Origin: an uncultured Alphaproteobacteria bacterium
GTDB lineage: Bacteria; Pseudomonadota; Alphaproteobacteria; RF32; CAG-239
Direction: 5' to 3'
Length of the DNA: 64,000 nucleotides
Assembly (NCBI GenBank): GCA_944392255.1
Contig: CALXVY010000004.1
Location: 6,766-70,765 of the forward strand
Every line of letters begins with the position of its first letter. Position 1 is the first letter of the stretch. The notes beneath the pieces are model-generated. The model saw only the letters and a program-made list of their open reading frames with translations. It did no database searches and was not told where the DNA came from. The translations under genes and the position numbers were made by a program. Positions 1-11,422 of this stretch are shown piece by piece.

Positions 1-690
1 GTGCATGTCGATGCCATGCCTGAACGTCGTTACCTCTGGACATCTCGTATTTTGGTGATTGTGGCCTGCATGAGTATTAGCTTTAACATGATGCTAGCAT
101 CTATCATTTATTTGATGTTACCACAACGTTCCGCCTATCCGAGATTGCTTTATATTAATGATTATTTTTCGCAGTTGGAACAGTTACAACCTCAGGAAAG
201 AAGAATCTCCGCGACAGATTTAATTACCGAACAACATATTTACAACTATATTATGTTGAGACATGCTATTCCTGAAGATTTTGACGAATTGAATGAAAAA
301 TGGGCACCTTATTCAACTCTTTATTGGTATTCACTGCGCAATGTTTTTGATGCTTTTGCCAAAAATGAAGCTCAATATAATATGGATCAGTTTAGAAACC
401 TATCTTTACGTCGGAATGTTGAAATTCAGTGGATTAGAATTGTTAGTACCGGATTATGGCAAGCTCAGTTCTTGACTTATGACTACATAAAAAACGATCC
501 TAAGCCTATTATAAATATTTGGCGCGCTTTTATTCGTATCGGCTATGGACAACCTATGTTTAGAGATAGAAGCGACTTAGCAAAAAATCCTTTTGGTTTT
601 CAGGTATTGAATTATTCTCTTGGTTATATGGGAACACCCGAAACTTCAGCTCACTATTTGGAAACGGCAAAAGAATTGCGTGACCGATAA
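1..690 (+). CDS. VirB8-family type IV secretion protein (possibly 5'-truncated at window edge)
   Basis: Single N-terminal TM helix (RILVIVACMSISFNMMLASIIYLML) followed by a ~180 aa soluble domain. The domain ends in AKNPFGFQVLNY, which fits the conserved NPxG motif of VirB8-like proteins. The ORF opens at base 1 with GTG. Confidence 0.5.
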   Translation: MHVDAMPERRYLWTSRILVIVACMSISFNMMLASIIYLMLPQRSAYPRLLYINDYFSQLEQLQPQERRISATDLITEQHIYNYIMLRHAIPEDFDELNEKWAPYSTLYWYSLRNVFDAFAKNEAQYNMDQFRNLSLRRNVEIQWIRIVSTGLWQAQFLTYDYIKNDPKPIINIWRAFIRIGYGQPMFRDRSDLAKNPFGFQVLNYSLGYMGTPETSAHYLETAKELRDR

Positions 691-691
691 T

Positions 692-729
692 AAAAAAAAC
701 TCTGCTTTTTACGGCAGAGTTTTTTTTAT
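692..729. terminator. Bidirectional rho-independent terminator
   Basis: A-run, then stem aactctgc (698-705) / gcagagtt (714-721), then T-run. It lies between convergent ORFs. Confidence 0.6.
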
Positions 730-1667
730 TATCTATGATTGCTTGCTTTTTTTCGTTTTTTTAGGTTTGTTAATTTATCACTAACAATTGAAGTATCTCG
801 TCCCGTTTTGGCTAAACGATCATACATTCTTTCAATTTCTTTTTCCAAATAGGCTTGTTCTATCTCATTTGCCAATTCGCTTTGTGTTTCTGCGTCCCCT
901 TGTGTTTGCACGTTTTTCATATATTCATAAATATCTTCAACATGAACAGAACTGTCTGTTTTCTTTTTTACAAAATACGGCAATTCATAAATTAATTGAC
1001 GTGCTTGCCCATATGCTTCTTTGGTACTGTCTGTTTTTATATAACGTAACTTTAACAAACGGAAAACGATGCTTAATTCATCGCTATTGTCTACCACAAT
1101 AAAAGGTATCGGATCGGCAAAACCTTCTGCGGCGATGAATTTCAAATATTCTACAATATGGTGAAAAAAGCCATTTACATTATATAAAATAAAAGGCTTT
1201 ACCGGAAGCAAGCCATCTTGCATGGCAACGCAATCATAAGCCAATTCATCTAATGTACCAACTCCTCCGGGGGCAAAGACAACAAAATCGGCATTCAGGA
1301 GTTTTTGTTTTCTTTCTTCCAAGGTTTGGGCAACAATAACATCTTCTATTTGTGAGATGATTTCGTCACTCTGATAAAGACTATAATATTCTTTGGTAGT
1401 AATACCTTGTATGGCACTTGCCTTATCTTGGTTGTGTTTCCATCCGTCTAAAACACCTTTTGCTACTGCACCCATTATACCGCTACTGGACAAGCCAAAA
1501 TCAAGCTTAAATTCCATTCGGGCTATTTGGCGACCTAAATTATAGGCTTCTTCTACATATAATTTATCATTTCCCGAACGAGACCCTCCGGCGACAAAAA
1601 CTCTCAATCCTTTTTTGGCATTCTCTTCAGCAAAATTACCGACCATTGCATCTATTTTTGCATCCAT
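729..1667 (-). CDS. LOG-family (TIGR00730-like) nucleotide phosphoribohydrolase with ~120 aa C-terminal extension
   Basis: Motifs VFVAGGSRSG, SSSGIMGAV and PGGVGTLDEL are typical of LOG / 'lysine decarboxylase-like' proteins. Confidence 0.75.
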   Translation of the reverse strand: MDAKIDAMVGNFAEENAKKGLRVFVAGGSRSGNDKLYVEEAYNLGRQIARMEFKLDFGLSSSGIMGAVAKGVLDGWKHNQDKASAIQGITTKEYYSLYQSDEIISQIEDVIVAQTLEERKQKLLNADFVVFAPGGVGTLDELAYDCVAMQDGLLPVKPFILYNVNGFFHHIVEYLKFIAAEGFADPIPFIVVDNSDELSIVFRLLKLRYIKTDSTKEAYGQARQLIYELPYFVKKKTDSSVHVEDIYEYMKNVQTQGDAETQSELANEIEQAYLEKEIERMYDRLAKTGRDTSIVSDKLTNLKKRKKASNHR

Positions 1668-1678
1668 TATACTTCTCC

Positions 1679-2821
<1,143 letters not shown>

Positions 2822-2889
2822 TCAATTATAATGGTTCTGATAATGCCTTGATTTCCTTTTTTTAGCAAGAAAATTATTTAATTCTTTTT

Positions 2890-3603
2890 TTATTCTTCCG
2901 CTTCATTTTCATTTAACGAATTTTTATCTATGGCATATCCGGTTGCCCTTACCGTGCGAATATAATCCGGTCCAAATTCGTTTAAAGCTTTGCGTAAGCG
3001 TCTAATGTGAACATCTACTGTGCGTGATTCGACATAAATATTGTCACCCCAAACATTTTTTAATAAATATTCACGAGAGAATACTTTGCCAGGTGTTTCC
3101 ATCAACATTCTTAAAAGTCTGAATTCCGTTGGACCGAGATGAACATAATTTTCTCCGCGATACACTTTCTTTGTGGTAATGTCCATGACTATATCTTCAA
3201 AGACAATTTCTTTTTCATCGACAGGCTCAGGAGCGCGGCGTAATTGTGTTTTGACACGAGCCATAAGTTCGGGAATTGAAAATGGTTTGGTTACATAATC
3301 ATCGGCACCGGCAGACAAACCTTTAATTTTATCTTCCTCTTCACCTTTGGCGGTTAACATAATAATCGGAATGGTTTTGATATCAGGCTTGCTGCGAATC
3401 ATCTTACAAATTTCAACACCCGAAAGTTCGGGCAACATCCAATCTAATATGATGACCGAAGGCATATTTTTTTCAACCTCTGCAACAGCTTTTCCGCCAC
3501 GAGATTCCCATAAAACTTCATAACCTTCTTTTTCTAAATTATATTTTAAAAGAAACGCCAAGGCCTCTTCATCTTCAACCAACATAATTTTATGTTTCAT
3601 CAT
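2890..3603 (-). CDS. phoB: OmpR-family response regulator, PhoB-like
   Basis: Near-colinear with E. coli PhoB as recalled: LDWMLP, MLTAKGEEEDKIKGLSAGADDYVTKPFS, GPTEF and VESRTVDVHIRRLRKAL. Confidence 0.85.
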   Translation of the reverse strand: MMKHKIMLVEDEEALAFLLKYNLEKEGYEVLWESRGGKAVAEVEKNMPSVIILDWMLPELSGVEICKMIRSKPDIKTIPIIMLTAKGEEEDKIKGLSAGADDYVTKPFSIPELMARVKTQLRRAPEPVDEKEIVFEDIVMDITTKKVYRGENYVHLGPTEFRLLRMLMETPGKVFSREYLLKNVWGDNIYVESRTVDVHIRRLRKALNEFGPDYIRTVRATGYAIDKNSLNENEAEE

Positions 3604-3650
3604 ATTGCTCCCGATTATGTTCTATAATCTTGTATTTTATGGTTATTATC

Positions 3651-4298
3651 TTAATATTGCCTTAAATTATTGATATTTTTTTGATATTCTCCTCCGGCAA
3701 AAACTGCTGTTCCTGCCACTAAAATATCTGCTCCTGCAGCAGCACATTCTGCTGCTGTCATTGGATTTATGCCTCCATCTACTTCTATCTCTATCTTTTT
3801 ATTGCCAATTAGTTCCTTCACTGAAGTTATCTTTTCTAGTTGAGATTTTATAAAGCTTTGACCGCCAAACCCCGGATTAACACTCATTATTAATATTAAA
3901 TCCAATTTATCTAAGATATAGCGCAAGCAATCTTCATTTGTTGCCGGATTCAAAGAAACCCCTGCTTTTACTCCGTATTCACGAATCGTTGCCAAAGTTT
4001 TATCCAAATGCTTACAAGCTTCGGCATGAACAGTGATTATATCGGCTCCGGCTTCGGCAAACCATGGAATCATTTGCTCAGGATTTTTGACCATTAAATG
4101 CACATCAAACGGCAATTGAGTATAGCGCCGCAATGCTTTTACTACACATGGACCTATGGTTAAATTGGGAACAAAATTACCATCCATGACATCTATATGG
4201 ATAATGTCAGCGCCGGCTTTTTCTAAAGCTTCTACTTCTCTGCCTAAATTTGCAAAATCTGCTGATAAGATACTGGGGGCAATTTTTACCATGGTCAA
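3651..4298 (-). CDS. rpe: Ribulose-phosphate 3-epimerase
   Basis: [35 protein letters not shown] and VDGGI. Confidence 0.95.
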   Translation of the reverse strand: MTMVKIAPSILSADFANLGREVEALEKAGADIIHIDVMDGNFVPNLTIGPCVVKALRRYTQLPFDVHLMVKNPEQMIPWFAEAGADIITVHAEACKHLDKTLATIREYGVKAGVSLNPATNEDCLRYILDKLDLILIMSVNPGFGGQSFIKSQLEKITSVKELIGNKKIEIEVDGGINPMTAAECAAAGADILVAGTAVFAGGEYQKNINNLRQY

Positions 4299-4364
4299 AA
4301 CTCCTTTATTCTCATTTTATTTTATCCATTTTAATCTTAGATAATTAGATTTTGGTTAATCTAC

Positions 4365-4409
4365 AAAAAAAATCTGCATAAGATTTTCTTATGCAGATTT
4401 TTCTTTTTT
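4365..4409. terminator. Rho-independent terminator hairpin
   Basis: 13-bp stem aaatctgcataag (4370-4382) / cttatgcagattt (4388-4400) flanked by an A-run and a T-run. It lies directly downstream of the stop of the 4410..4706 ORF. Confidence 0.6.
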
Positions 4410-4706
4410 TCAACTTTGCGTTTCTGGAAAAGAAACTCTTGGCAAAGCATCTGGTTCTATTTGTTTACGAACCTTTCTCGGATGAGAATTTATACACTCT
4501 TCAACATTACTCTCGGCAATCACATTTTCGATTTCTTCTTGCTGGCAAGAAAGAAAACTACTTCCGATAATTAAGAATAAAAAAAAGATATTTTTATTCA
4601 AATGTTGATAAAATTTTTCATTTTTTTTCTTTTTATCCATAGGCTTAATATTAATAATTTGCTTGAAGCCTGTGACCTTACGCTTATTTTCTTTTTTTGG
4701 CAACAA
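4410..4706 (-). CDS. Small hypothetical protein, possible lipoprotein (true start probably the internal Met MDKKKK)
   Basis: The ORF is followed by a terminator. It has a hydrophobic segment ending in the lipobox-like FLSC. No recognisable family. Confidence 0.35.
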   Translation of the reverse strand: MLPKKENKRKVTGFKQIINIKPMDKKKKNEKFYQHLNKNIFFLFLIIGSSFLSCQQEEIENVIAESNVEECINSHPRKVRKQIEPDALPRVSFPETQS

Positions 4707-4724
4707 AAAAAACCTATTGATGTC

Positions 4725-5093
4725 TCAATAGGTCTTTTTATTTGTTTTTTTCTTTAGCAAATAGACAACGAATCTATGTCCGTTTATGCTAAAATTTTGC
4801 AAATCCCATGATTTGGGGTGGCAATTGTCATCCAGTTTTAGCCACAAAACTTCAATATGCGGTACAGATAAACTCTTGCGGTTACAGACTTCTTCTAATT
4901 TAACCTTCCAGAGTTTTTGCTCAGCATCAAATTCACTATTTACTTTAACATCATGAGCAAAATAAAAATTATAAAAAGAATCTTGCTCAAGATAAGTAAT
5001 TTTGCTTTCTTTTTGTAGGTTTTGTGTTCTGGCTTCCGGCAGAAATGTGACTCCCCACAAATACACTGCCATTAATAATAATTTTTTTCTCAT
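4725..5093 (-). CDS. Hypothetical secreted protein
   Basis: Signal-peptide-like N-terminus MRKKLLLMAVYLWGVTFLPEA. No recognisable domain. Confidence 0.45.
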   Translation of the reverse strand: MRKKLLLMAVYLWGVTFLPEARTQNLQKESKITYLEQDSFYNFYFAHDVKVNSEFDAEQKLWKVKLEEVCNRKSLSVPHIEVLWLKLDDNCHPKSWDLQNFSINGHRFVVYLLKKKTNKKTY

Positions 5094-5167
5094 TACGTTT
5101 ATTGCTAATAATTTTATAAAATAAGTACTTTTGCTTTAATATAAGCTTTTTCACGGTTTTCTGGCAA

Positions 5168-5200
5168 TAAAAAAAAGCTCCTTTTCAGGAGCTTTTTTTC
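5168..5200 (-). terminator. Rho-independent terminator downstream of fba
   Basis: Stem agctcc (5176-5181) / ggagct (5188-5193), with an A8 run on the plus strand that gives a U-tract on the minus strand. Confidence 0.55.
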
Positions 5201-5216
5201 TAAGATAAAATAAATA

Positions 5217-6266
5217 TTACAATTCTCCAGCGGCGTAACGTTTTGCCATTTCTGACATCGGAATTGCTTTAATTTTATCTGCATGTCCGGCTGCACCAAA
5301 TGCAATATAACGAGCTTCACATACTTTTTGCATTTCTTCAATTGCCGGTTTCAAATATTTGCGCGGATCAAATTCTTTCGGATTTTCAGCAAACAATTTG
5401 CGAATCGCTCCGGTAATTGCCATACGGCAGTCTGTATCTACGTTAACTTTACGAACGCCTGACTTAATGCCGCGTACAATTTCTTCAACCGGAACACCAT
5501 AGGTTTGAGGAATGGCACCGCCATAAGCATTAATCAAATCTTGCAACTCTTGCGGAACAGAAGAAGAACCATGCATTACCATGTGTGTATTCGGCAATTT
5601 TTTATGGATTTTTTCAATAACATCAATGGCTAAGATTTCGCCATCGGGTTTACGGGTAAATTTATATGCACCATGAGATGTTCCTACGGCAACGGCCAAA
5701 GCATCTAATTTTGTTTCTGCTACAAAGCGAGCGGCTTCATCTGGGTCGGTTACAAGGCGTTTCTTATCAATAACACCTTCTGCACCATGACCGTCTTCTT
5801 TGTCGCCTTTTCCGGTTTCCAAAGAACCGATAACACCCAATTCTCCTTCAACAGAAGCACCAACAGCATGGGCTCTGGCTACAACTTCTTTGGTTACTTT
5901 TACATTATATTCAAATGAAGAAGGAGTTTTTCCGTCTGCTTCCAAAGAACCGTCCATCATAACAGAGGAATAGCCGTTAACAATGGCTGATTGGCAAATA
6001 TCTACGGATGAACCATGGTCTTGGTGGATACAAATCGGCAATTCTGGAAACATTTCTATTCCGGCTTGAACCATGTGACGAATCATCGGATCTCCAGCAA
6101 ACTTACGTGCACCGGTTGAGGTTTGCAAAATAACCGGAGCATTTACTTTTTTAGCGGCTTGCAAAACTGCGATGATTTGTTCCATATCATTAATATTAAA
6201 GGCCGGAACACCATAATTGTTCTCAGCTGCATGGTCAAGAATTTGACGCATTGTAACTAAAGGCAT
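5217..6266 (-). CDS. fba: Fructose-bisphosphate aldolase, class II
   Basis: GVPAFNINDMEQ, IHQDHG, MMDGS and HGSSSVP. The ~349 aa length is typical of the CbbA-like subtype. Confidence 0.95.
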   Translation of the reverse strand: MPLVTMRQILDHAAENNYGVPAFNINDMEQIIAVLQAAKKVNAPVILQTSTGARKFAGDPMIRHMVQAGIEMFPELPICIHQDHGSSVDICQSAIVNGYSSVMMDGSLEADGKTPSSFEYNVKVTKEVVARAHAVGASVEGELGVIGSLETGKGDKEDGHGAEGVIDKKRLVTDPDEAARFVAETKLDALAVAVGTSHGAYKFTRKPDGEILAIDVIEKIHKKLPNTHMVMHGSSSVPQELQDLINAYGGAIPQTYGVPVEEIVRGIKSGVRKVNVDTDCRMAITGAIRKLFAENPKEFDPRKYLKPAIEEMQKVCEARYIAFGAAGHADKIKAIPMSEMAKRYAAGEL

Positions 6267-6579
6267 ATTTTAACTCCTTTTGATTGTTTGACATTTATTA
6301 CTGCTGCCAATATATATCCTTCCTTTTCTTTTGCAAGAAAATTATGCTGTTTGTTATTTTTTAACAAAACTGTAATGATTATTTTTCTTTTTTTATGATA
6401 TTATATAAATAGAAATTCCTCCCCATCGGGCATTGATTTTTGAAGAAAAGTTCATCTCTTTCTTATGATTTGCTTCCTTCTTTAATTCAATGCCTTTTTT
6501 ATTTTAAACTCTTGCTTTTTTCTAAAAAATCTCTCATTATCCATCTGTTTTATTTTATTCATTAATTAATTATTGTATT

Positions 6580-6975
6580 ATGGAATTATATTTTTATGCT
6601 GGAATTGTCCTGCTTATGGCGGTAACATTGTTTTCTGCTCCGAAAATTGTGAGAGAAATTATCAGTTTCAAACTTTTGGCCTTGCTTATCTTGGCTTTCT
6701 ATGCTGCCATATGGTTGTATTCAAAGCAAATTGTTCTTCTAACTTTGATTACCGGATGTTGTTTATGCGGCGTTGGCTTTATTTTATTACGATATAAAAA
6801 AATCCAACATAGCCCCTATCATATTCCAGAAGATGATGTTCGTGGAAGAAATTTGTTTGAATATCGGGAATTGCGAGCTGCAAAAATTACTTTTTACAAA
6901 CATTGGTATTTTAAATTGCTTTTAGTCAATTTCTTTGCCGTCGCGGTTATCTTACTTTGTAATTATTTCAGCTAA
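6580..6975 (+). CDS. Hypothetical small membrane protein (3-4 TM)
   Basis: Hydrophobic helices. The ORF is followed by a terminator hairpin. Confidence 0.45.
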   Translation: MELYFYAGIVLLMAVTLFSAPKIVREIISFKLLALLILAFYAAIWLYSKQIVLLTLITGCCLCGVGFILLRYKKIQHSPYHIPEDDVRGRNLFEYRELRAAKITFYKHWYFKLLLVNFFAVAVILLCNYFS

Positions 6976-7020
6976 AAAAAGCCGTGCGCGAATTTATTTT
7001 TTTCGCGGACGGCTTTTTTA
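6975..7020 (+). terminator. Rho-independent terminator
   Basis: Stem gccgtgcgcg / cgcggacggc (one mismatch) followed by tttttta. Confidence 0.5.
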
Positions 7021-7093
7021 TTTTTCTTGAGTCTGGCAAGCACCCGTTTATTTACAGAATTGCTTGGCAGTAAAATACAATTCTTTAGATGAT

Positions 7094-7477
7094 TTATTTA
7101 CCTTGTTGACGGCGACGTTCCTTTATTTCATCTTCTGAAACAATTTCATAATCGCCATTTTCAAGTTTTTTGTATGACCACACCGTTTTGCCTACGGCTT
7201 TCCAATCGTGACCGATGCCATATTTTTGAATTCTTGTCCCTTCTTGTGGAATGACTATGGCCTTTCTTGGCGTATTACCTGAATAGGCTTTAACATAAAG
7301 ATAACATGGGGTCCCATCTTGCTTTACTTCTGCCACCAGAGCGACATAACCATAATCTCTTTCATTTTTAGGATAAATTCGGCAAGGCTTAAAATCATCA
7401 TTTTTCAAATTAAAACCAGCTTCTGCAGCTTTTGCCACTGCTTGTGAAGCATAACGAATGTATTCTCTATTTTCCAT
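7094..7477 (-). CDS. Hypothetical protein
   Basis: Clean 127-aa ORF with no competing frame. No family recognised. Confidence 0.45.
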   Translation of the reverse strand: MENREYIRYASQAVAKAAEAGFNLKNDDFKPCRIYPKNERDYGYVALVAEVKQDGTPCYLYVKAYSGNTPRKAIVIPQEGTRIQKYGIGHDWKAVGKTVWSYKKLENGDYEIVSEDEIKERRRQQGK

Positions 7478-7576
7478 AATTATAAGTATTTAGAATGTAA
7501 TTAATAAGATTTATTATGGGCATAAAATTAGCACGTCTGTCGCTTCTGTCAATATTTTTTAACAAAATTATTGAAT

Positions 7577-7603
7577 AAAAGGCTCGGAAAACCGAGCCTT
7601 TCT
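7577..7603 (-). terminator. Rho-independent terminator downstream of tkt
   Basis: Stem ggctcgg (7581-7587) / ccgagcc (7592-7598), with a U-tract on the minus strand. Confidence 0.6.
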
Positions 7604-7620
7604 ATTCTTTTTTTACTGTT

Positions 7621-9591
7621 TTACAAACTTTTAACCGCTGCAATCAAGGCATCTACGGTTATGCCGAAATGTTTGTATAACTCACCGGCCGGACCAGATG
7701 CGCCAAAACCATCCATACCGATAATTTTACCGTCGATTCCGACATAACGTTCCCAACCATATTTGGCGGCTGCTTCTATGGCAACACGCGGTGCTTTGCC
7801 CAAAACTTTTTCTTTATACTCTTTGCTTTGTGCATCAAACAACTCTGTGCAAGGCATTGAAACAACAGCGACTTCAATACCTTCTTCTTTCAGTTTTTGT
7901 TGTGCCTCTACCGCTAAAGATACTTCAGAACCTGTGGCAATAATTGTTGCTTGTCTTTCTTTGCCGTTGCTTACATCTGAAATGATGTAACCACCTTTAG
8001 CCGTCAAGTTTTCTTTGATTGAATTTCTTAACATGGGTAGACCTTGGCGTGTCAGTGCCAAAATACTCGGTGTATGTTCACTTTCTATGGCAATTTTCCA
8101 TGCTTCGGCAGTTTCAACCACATCACAGGGGCGGAAAGTATAAATATTTGGCATTGCGCGGTAAGATGCTAGATGCTCTATCGGTTGATGTGTCGGACCA
8201 TCTTCACCCACTCCGATTGAATCATGGGTTAAAACATAAATAACCCTTGTTCCCATCAAGGCTGCCAAGCGCATTGAAGGACGCAAATAATCTGAAAAGA
8301 CAAAAAATGTGCCGCCATAAGGAATAATGCCGCCATGTAAGGCTAAACCATTCATGATGGCTCCCATGGCATGTTCTCTGATACCATACATCAAATTATT
8401 GCCATTATAATCTTCTTTGCTTATGGTTTTCATGCCGTTAACAAAAGTTAAGTTAGATGCGGCTAAATCTGCTGACCCTCCGACAATTTGCGGAATGTTC
8501 GGAACAATTTGTTCTATGCACATTTGGGAGGCTTTTCTGGTTGCCACCTTAGTCTTTTCATCTATGGCTTTTTGTGCCATAGCCAACAAATCTTTATCCC
8601 AATTTTGCGGCAGTTTACCCGCAATGACATCTAAAAATTCTTTGCCTTTGGATAAAGCGCGTTTTTCCCAGGCGGCATATTCATCTTTATGAGCAGAACC
8701 ACAATTTTTCCAAGCATCTAATATTTCCGCAGGAATTTCAAAAGGTGCATAATTCCAATTCAAGGCCTTACGCATGGCAGCAACTTCCTCTGCGCCCAAT
8801 GGAGAGCCATGGCATTTGCTGGTGCCGCATTTGGTGGGTGCGCCAAAGCCAATCTTGGTTTTGCAAGCAATTAAGGTTGGCTTGTCTGATTTTTGAGCGC
8901 GTTCAATTGCCTGTTCAATTTCAGCATAATTATGACCATTAATTTCTATTGTATTCCAGCCAACGGCTTTAAAACGGGCAATTTGGTCGGTGGAATTGGC
9001 TTTATCTACGGTTCCGTCAATGGTGATATTATTATTGTCCCAAAAAACAATTAACTTGCTCAAGCCCCAATGTCCGGCTAAAGAAATGGCTTCTTCGGAA
9101 ATACCTTCCATTAAACAGCCGTCTCCACAAATGACATAGGTATAGTGATTACATACGTCTTCACCATATTTTGCGGCAATTATTCTTTCCGCCATTGCCA
9201 TACCAACGGCAGAACTTATACCTTGTCCCAAAGGGCCGGTGGTCATATCAATACCGGCTAAATGTCCATATTCCGGGTGACCCGCCGTTTTTGCACCTAA
9301 TTGACGAAAGTTTTTAATATCTTCAATATTTATATCTTCATATCCCATTAAATATAATAAGGAATAGAGCAACATTGAACCATGTCCGGCAGACAATACG
9401 AATCTGTCTCGGTCAAACCAATGCGGGGTTTGCGGATTGAGCTTGATAAATTTTGAAAATAAAACAGTGGCTACATCGGCCATACCCAAAGGCATTCCGG
9501 GGTGTCCTGATTGTGATTTTTCAATTGCATCTGCACTCAAAAAGCGAATGGCATTGGACATTTTTGTTAGCAAAAGCGGGGATAATTCCAT
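7621..9591 (-). CDS. tkt: Transketolase
   Basis: SGHPGMPLGMAD, GDGCLMEGIS and THDSIGVGEDGPTHQPIEHL. Confidence 0.95.
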   Translation of the reverse strand: MELSPLLLTKMSNAIRFLSADAIEKSQSGHPGMPLGMADVATVLFSKFIKLNPQTPHWFDRDRFVLSAGHGSMLLYSLLYLMGYEDINIEDIKNFRQLGAKTAGHPEYGHLAGIDMTTGPLGQGISSAVGMAMAERIIAAKYGEDVCNHYTYVICGDGCLMEGISEEAISLAGHWGLSKLIVFWDNNNITIDGTVDKANSTDQIARFKAVGWNTIEINGHNYAEIEQAIERAQKSDKPTLIACKTKIGFGAPTKCGTSKCHGSPLGAEEVAAMRKALNWNYAPFEIPAEILDAWKNCGSAHKDEYAAWEKRALSKGKEFLDVIAGKLPQNWDKDLLAMAQKAIDEKTKVATRKASQMCIEQIVPNIPQIVGGSADLAASNLTFVNGMKTISKEDYNGNNLMYGIREHAMGAIMNGLALHGGIIPYGGTFFVFSDYLRPSMRLAALMGTRVIYVLTHDSIGVGEDGPTHQPIEHLASYRAMPNIYTFRPCDVVETAEAWKIAIESEHTPSILALTRQGLPMLRNSIKENLTAKGGYIISDVSNGKERQATIIATGSEVSLAVEAQQKLKEEGIEVAVVSMPCTELFDAQSKEYKEKVLGKAPRVAIEAAAKYGWERYVGIDGKIIGMDGFGASGPAGELYKHFGITVDALIAAVKSL

Positions 9592-9639
9592 GTTTATTCT
9601 CCTGAACGAATATATTTTTTAAATTTTCGAATCGATTAA

Positions 9640-10263
9640 TTATTCTTGATTTTCATACAATTCCGATTTCTTTTTCTCCATAACGCTATATTTTTCCAAT
9701 GATGAAGTTGTGTCATCATAACCTAAATCGACATCAAAGACGCGTTGATTGTATTTTTTTTCTTGCGGAGATAATTCTAAGCCGGCAAATATTTCAAATT
9801 CATACATTTTATCTACCGGAATTTTGACATCTACGGATTTTCCTTTAAATTCTTTTCGGCGTTCATCTCTACGCATACTGGTTTCAACAAAGTATGACTT
9901 TTTGCCTAAATAAGCCGGTGGCCCTTTAATTGTATTGGTAAACCATTGAAATTGAATGTCCGTTTCATCGGTATCTCTAAGCTTATTGATTGAAAAGATT
10001 GGCGTGATTTTAGCTTTTTCTTGATTGACACGCGTGTCATAGTAGCAAAAACCTTCAAAACCGACAAACTCAATTTCAAAATTATCTTGATAATTGATAA
10101 TTTGGATTAATCTGGCATCTTCTCGTTTTATGGTTACCAACGGACATTGTTTATATCCATCCAAATCTGATGAAATGCAACCACCTATCATCAAAAGAAA
10201 TAAAAATGCATAACATATTCTCTGCATTGCACTTAACCCTATTTTTATTAATCTTAATGACAC
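9640..10263 (-). CDS. Hypothetical lipoprotein
   Basis: Signal peptide with lipobox LMIGGC. Confidence 0.5.
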   Translation of the reverse strand: MSLRLIKIGLSAMQRICYAFLFLLMIGGCISSDLDGYKQCPLVTIKREDARLIQIINYQDNFEIEFVGFEGFCYYDTRVNQEKAKITPIFSINKLRDTDETDIQFQWFTNTIKGPPAYLGKKSYFVETSMRRDERRKEFKGKSVDVKIPVDKMYEFEIFAGLELSPQEKKYNQRVFDVDLGYDDTTSSLEKYSVMEKKKSELYENQE

Positions 10264-10278
10264 TATATAAGGCTTGTT

Positions 10279-11409
10279 TTATTTTGTAAATAAGGCAACA
10301 AGTTCGCTGTGATTAGAATAGCAAAACTGATCTATCAGCGTTATCTCTTGCAGCTTATATCCGCCCGAAATTAATATATTGGCATCTCGAACAAAGCTAT
10401 GTGGATTGCATGATATGCCTATCACTTTTGCGGGTTGCTTTGTGGCTGCGGAAATTTTTTTAACTTGAGCTTCGGCACCGGCACGCGGCGGATCAAATAC
10501 GATGACATCATATTCAGAAATTTCTTTTTCATCTAACGGATATTTAAAAAGGTTTTTAGCCTGTATTTTTATATTGGGAATCATATTTCTATTTACAGAT
10601 TGGCGGAAGCCTTCCAGCAAGCTTTCTGATGAATCTATGGCGGTTATTTGATTGTTTTTATTGCTTGCCAACGGATAAGAAAATGTCCCTACTCCACAGA
10701 ATAAATCTGCAATTTTTCCCTGACTTGTTCCAATATATTTTTTGACCAAATTTACCATTATTGTTTCCGAAGCTTTTGCTGCTTGCAAAAATGTTCCGGC
10801 CGGAATGTAAACACTATAACCGGAAATATTTATTGCCGGCTTAATTTTTTCTAATATGGTTTCTGTTAATGCATCTGGTTTGCGGCGATGAGAAATGCGA
10901 ATTATGTCTGAAAATTGCTGTCCATATTCTGAAATAAGCATTCGATATTCCAGATTTACTTCCATATCAAATTCCAAAACAACATCTATGCCGTTATCAG
11001 CCTCGGTTAGCCAAACATCTCCCATTTGCAAAGTTTGATATCCGATAACTTTGTTTTTTTTGTAAAGTGGCATTTTTATCTGGCATAATTCTTGTAATAA
11101 TGTCCTGATTTTTAGCAAATTGGCATTCAGCTTTTCTGTTAGCAATAAGCATGATTGTATATCAACGAGCTCATTACTTTGCTTTTGATTAAAACCAAAT
11201 TCTAATTTGCCTTTTTTATATCTGAAAGCTAACGAAGCGCGGCGACGTTCTCCATCGCTTAAGAAAAACGGCTTATTCCAATGATAATCAGAACTGCTTA
11301 AACCGGATAAAATTTGCAAGACCTGCTTTTCTTTAGCACTTTGGTATTCTTCTTTAGGCAGGTGCCGCCATTGACACCCACCACATTGTTCTTGATACGG
11401 ACATTCCAT
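10279..11409 (-). CDS. RumA/TrmA-family RNA (uracil-5)-methyltransferase
   Basis: N-terminal Cys cluster CPYQEQCGGCQWRH, SAM-binding motif DLFCGVGTFS, VFDPPRAGA and the catalytic ISCNP. Confidence 0.8.
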   Translation of the reverse strand: MECPYQEQCGGCQWRHLPKEEYQSAKEKQVLQILSGLSSSDYHWNKPFFLSDGERRRASLAFRYKKGKLEFGFNQKQSNELVDIQSCLLLTEKLNANLLKIRTLLQELCQIKMPLYKKNKVIGYQTLQMGDVWLTEADNGIDVVLEFDMEVNLEYRMLISEYGQQFSDIIRISHRRKPDALTETILEKIKPAINISGYSVYIPAGTFLQAAKASETIMVNLVKKYIGTSQGKIADLFCGVGTFSYPLASNKNNQITAIDSSESLLEGFRQSVNRNMIPNIKIQAKNLFKYPLDEKEISEYDVIVFDPPRAGAEAQVKKISAATKQPAKVIGISCNPHSFVRDANILISGGYKLQEITLIDQFCYSNHSELVALFTK

Positions 11410-11422
11410 TGATTTTACCTGT

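Noticed and set aside
5114-5341. 75-aa ORF overlapping the 3' end of fba and its terminator
   Set aside because: It overlaps fba in another frame and spans the terminator hairpin. It is spurious.
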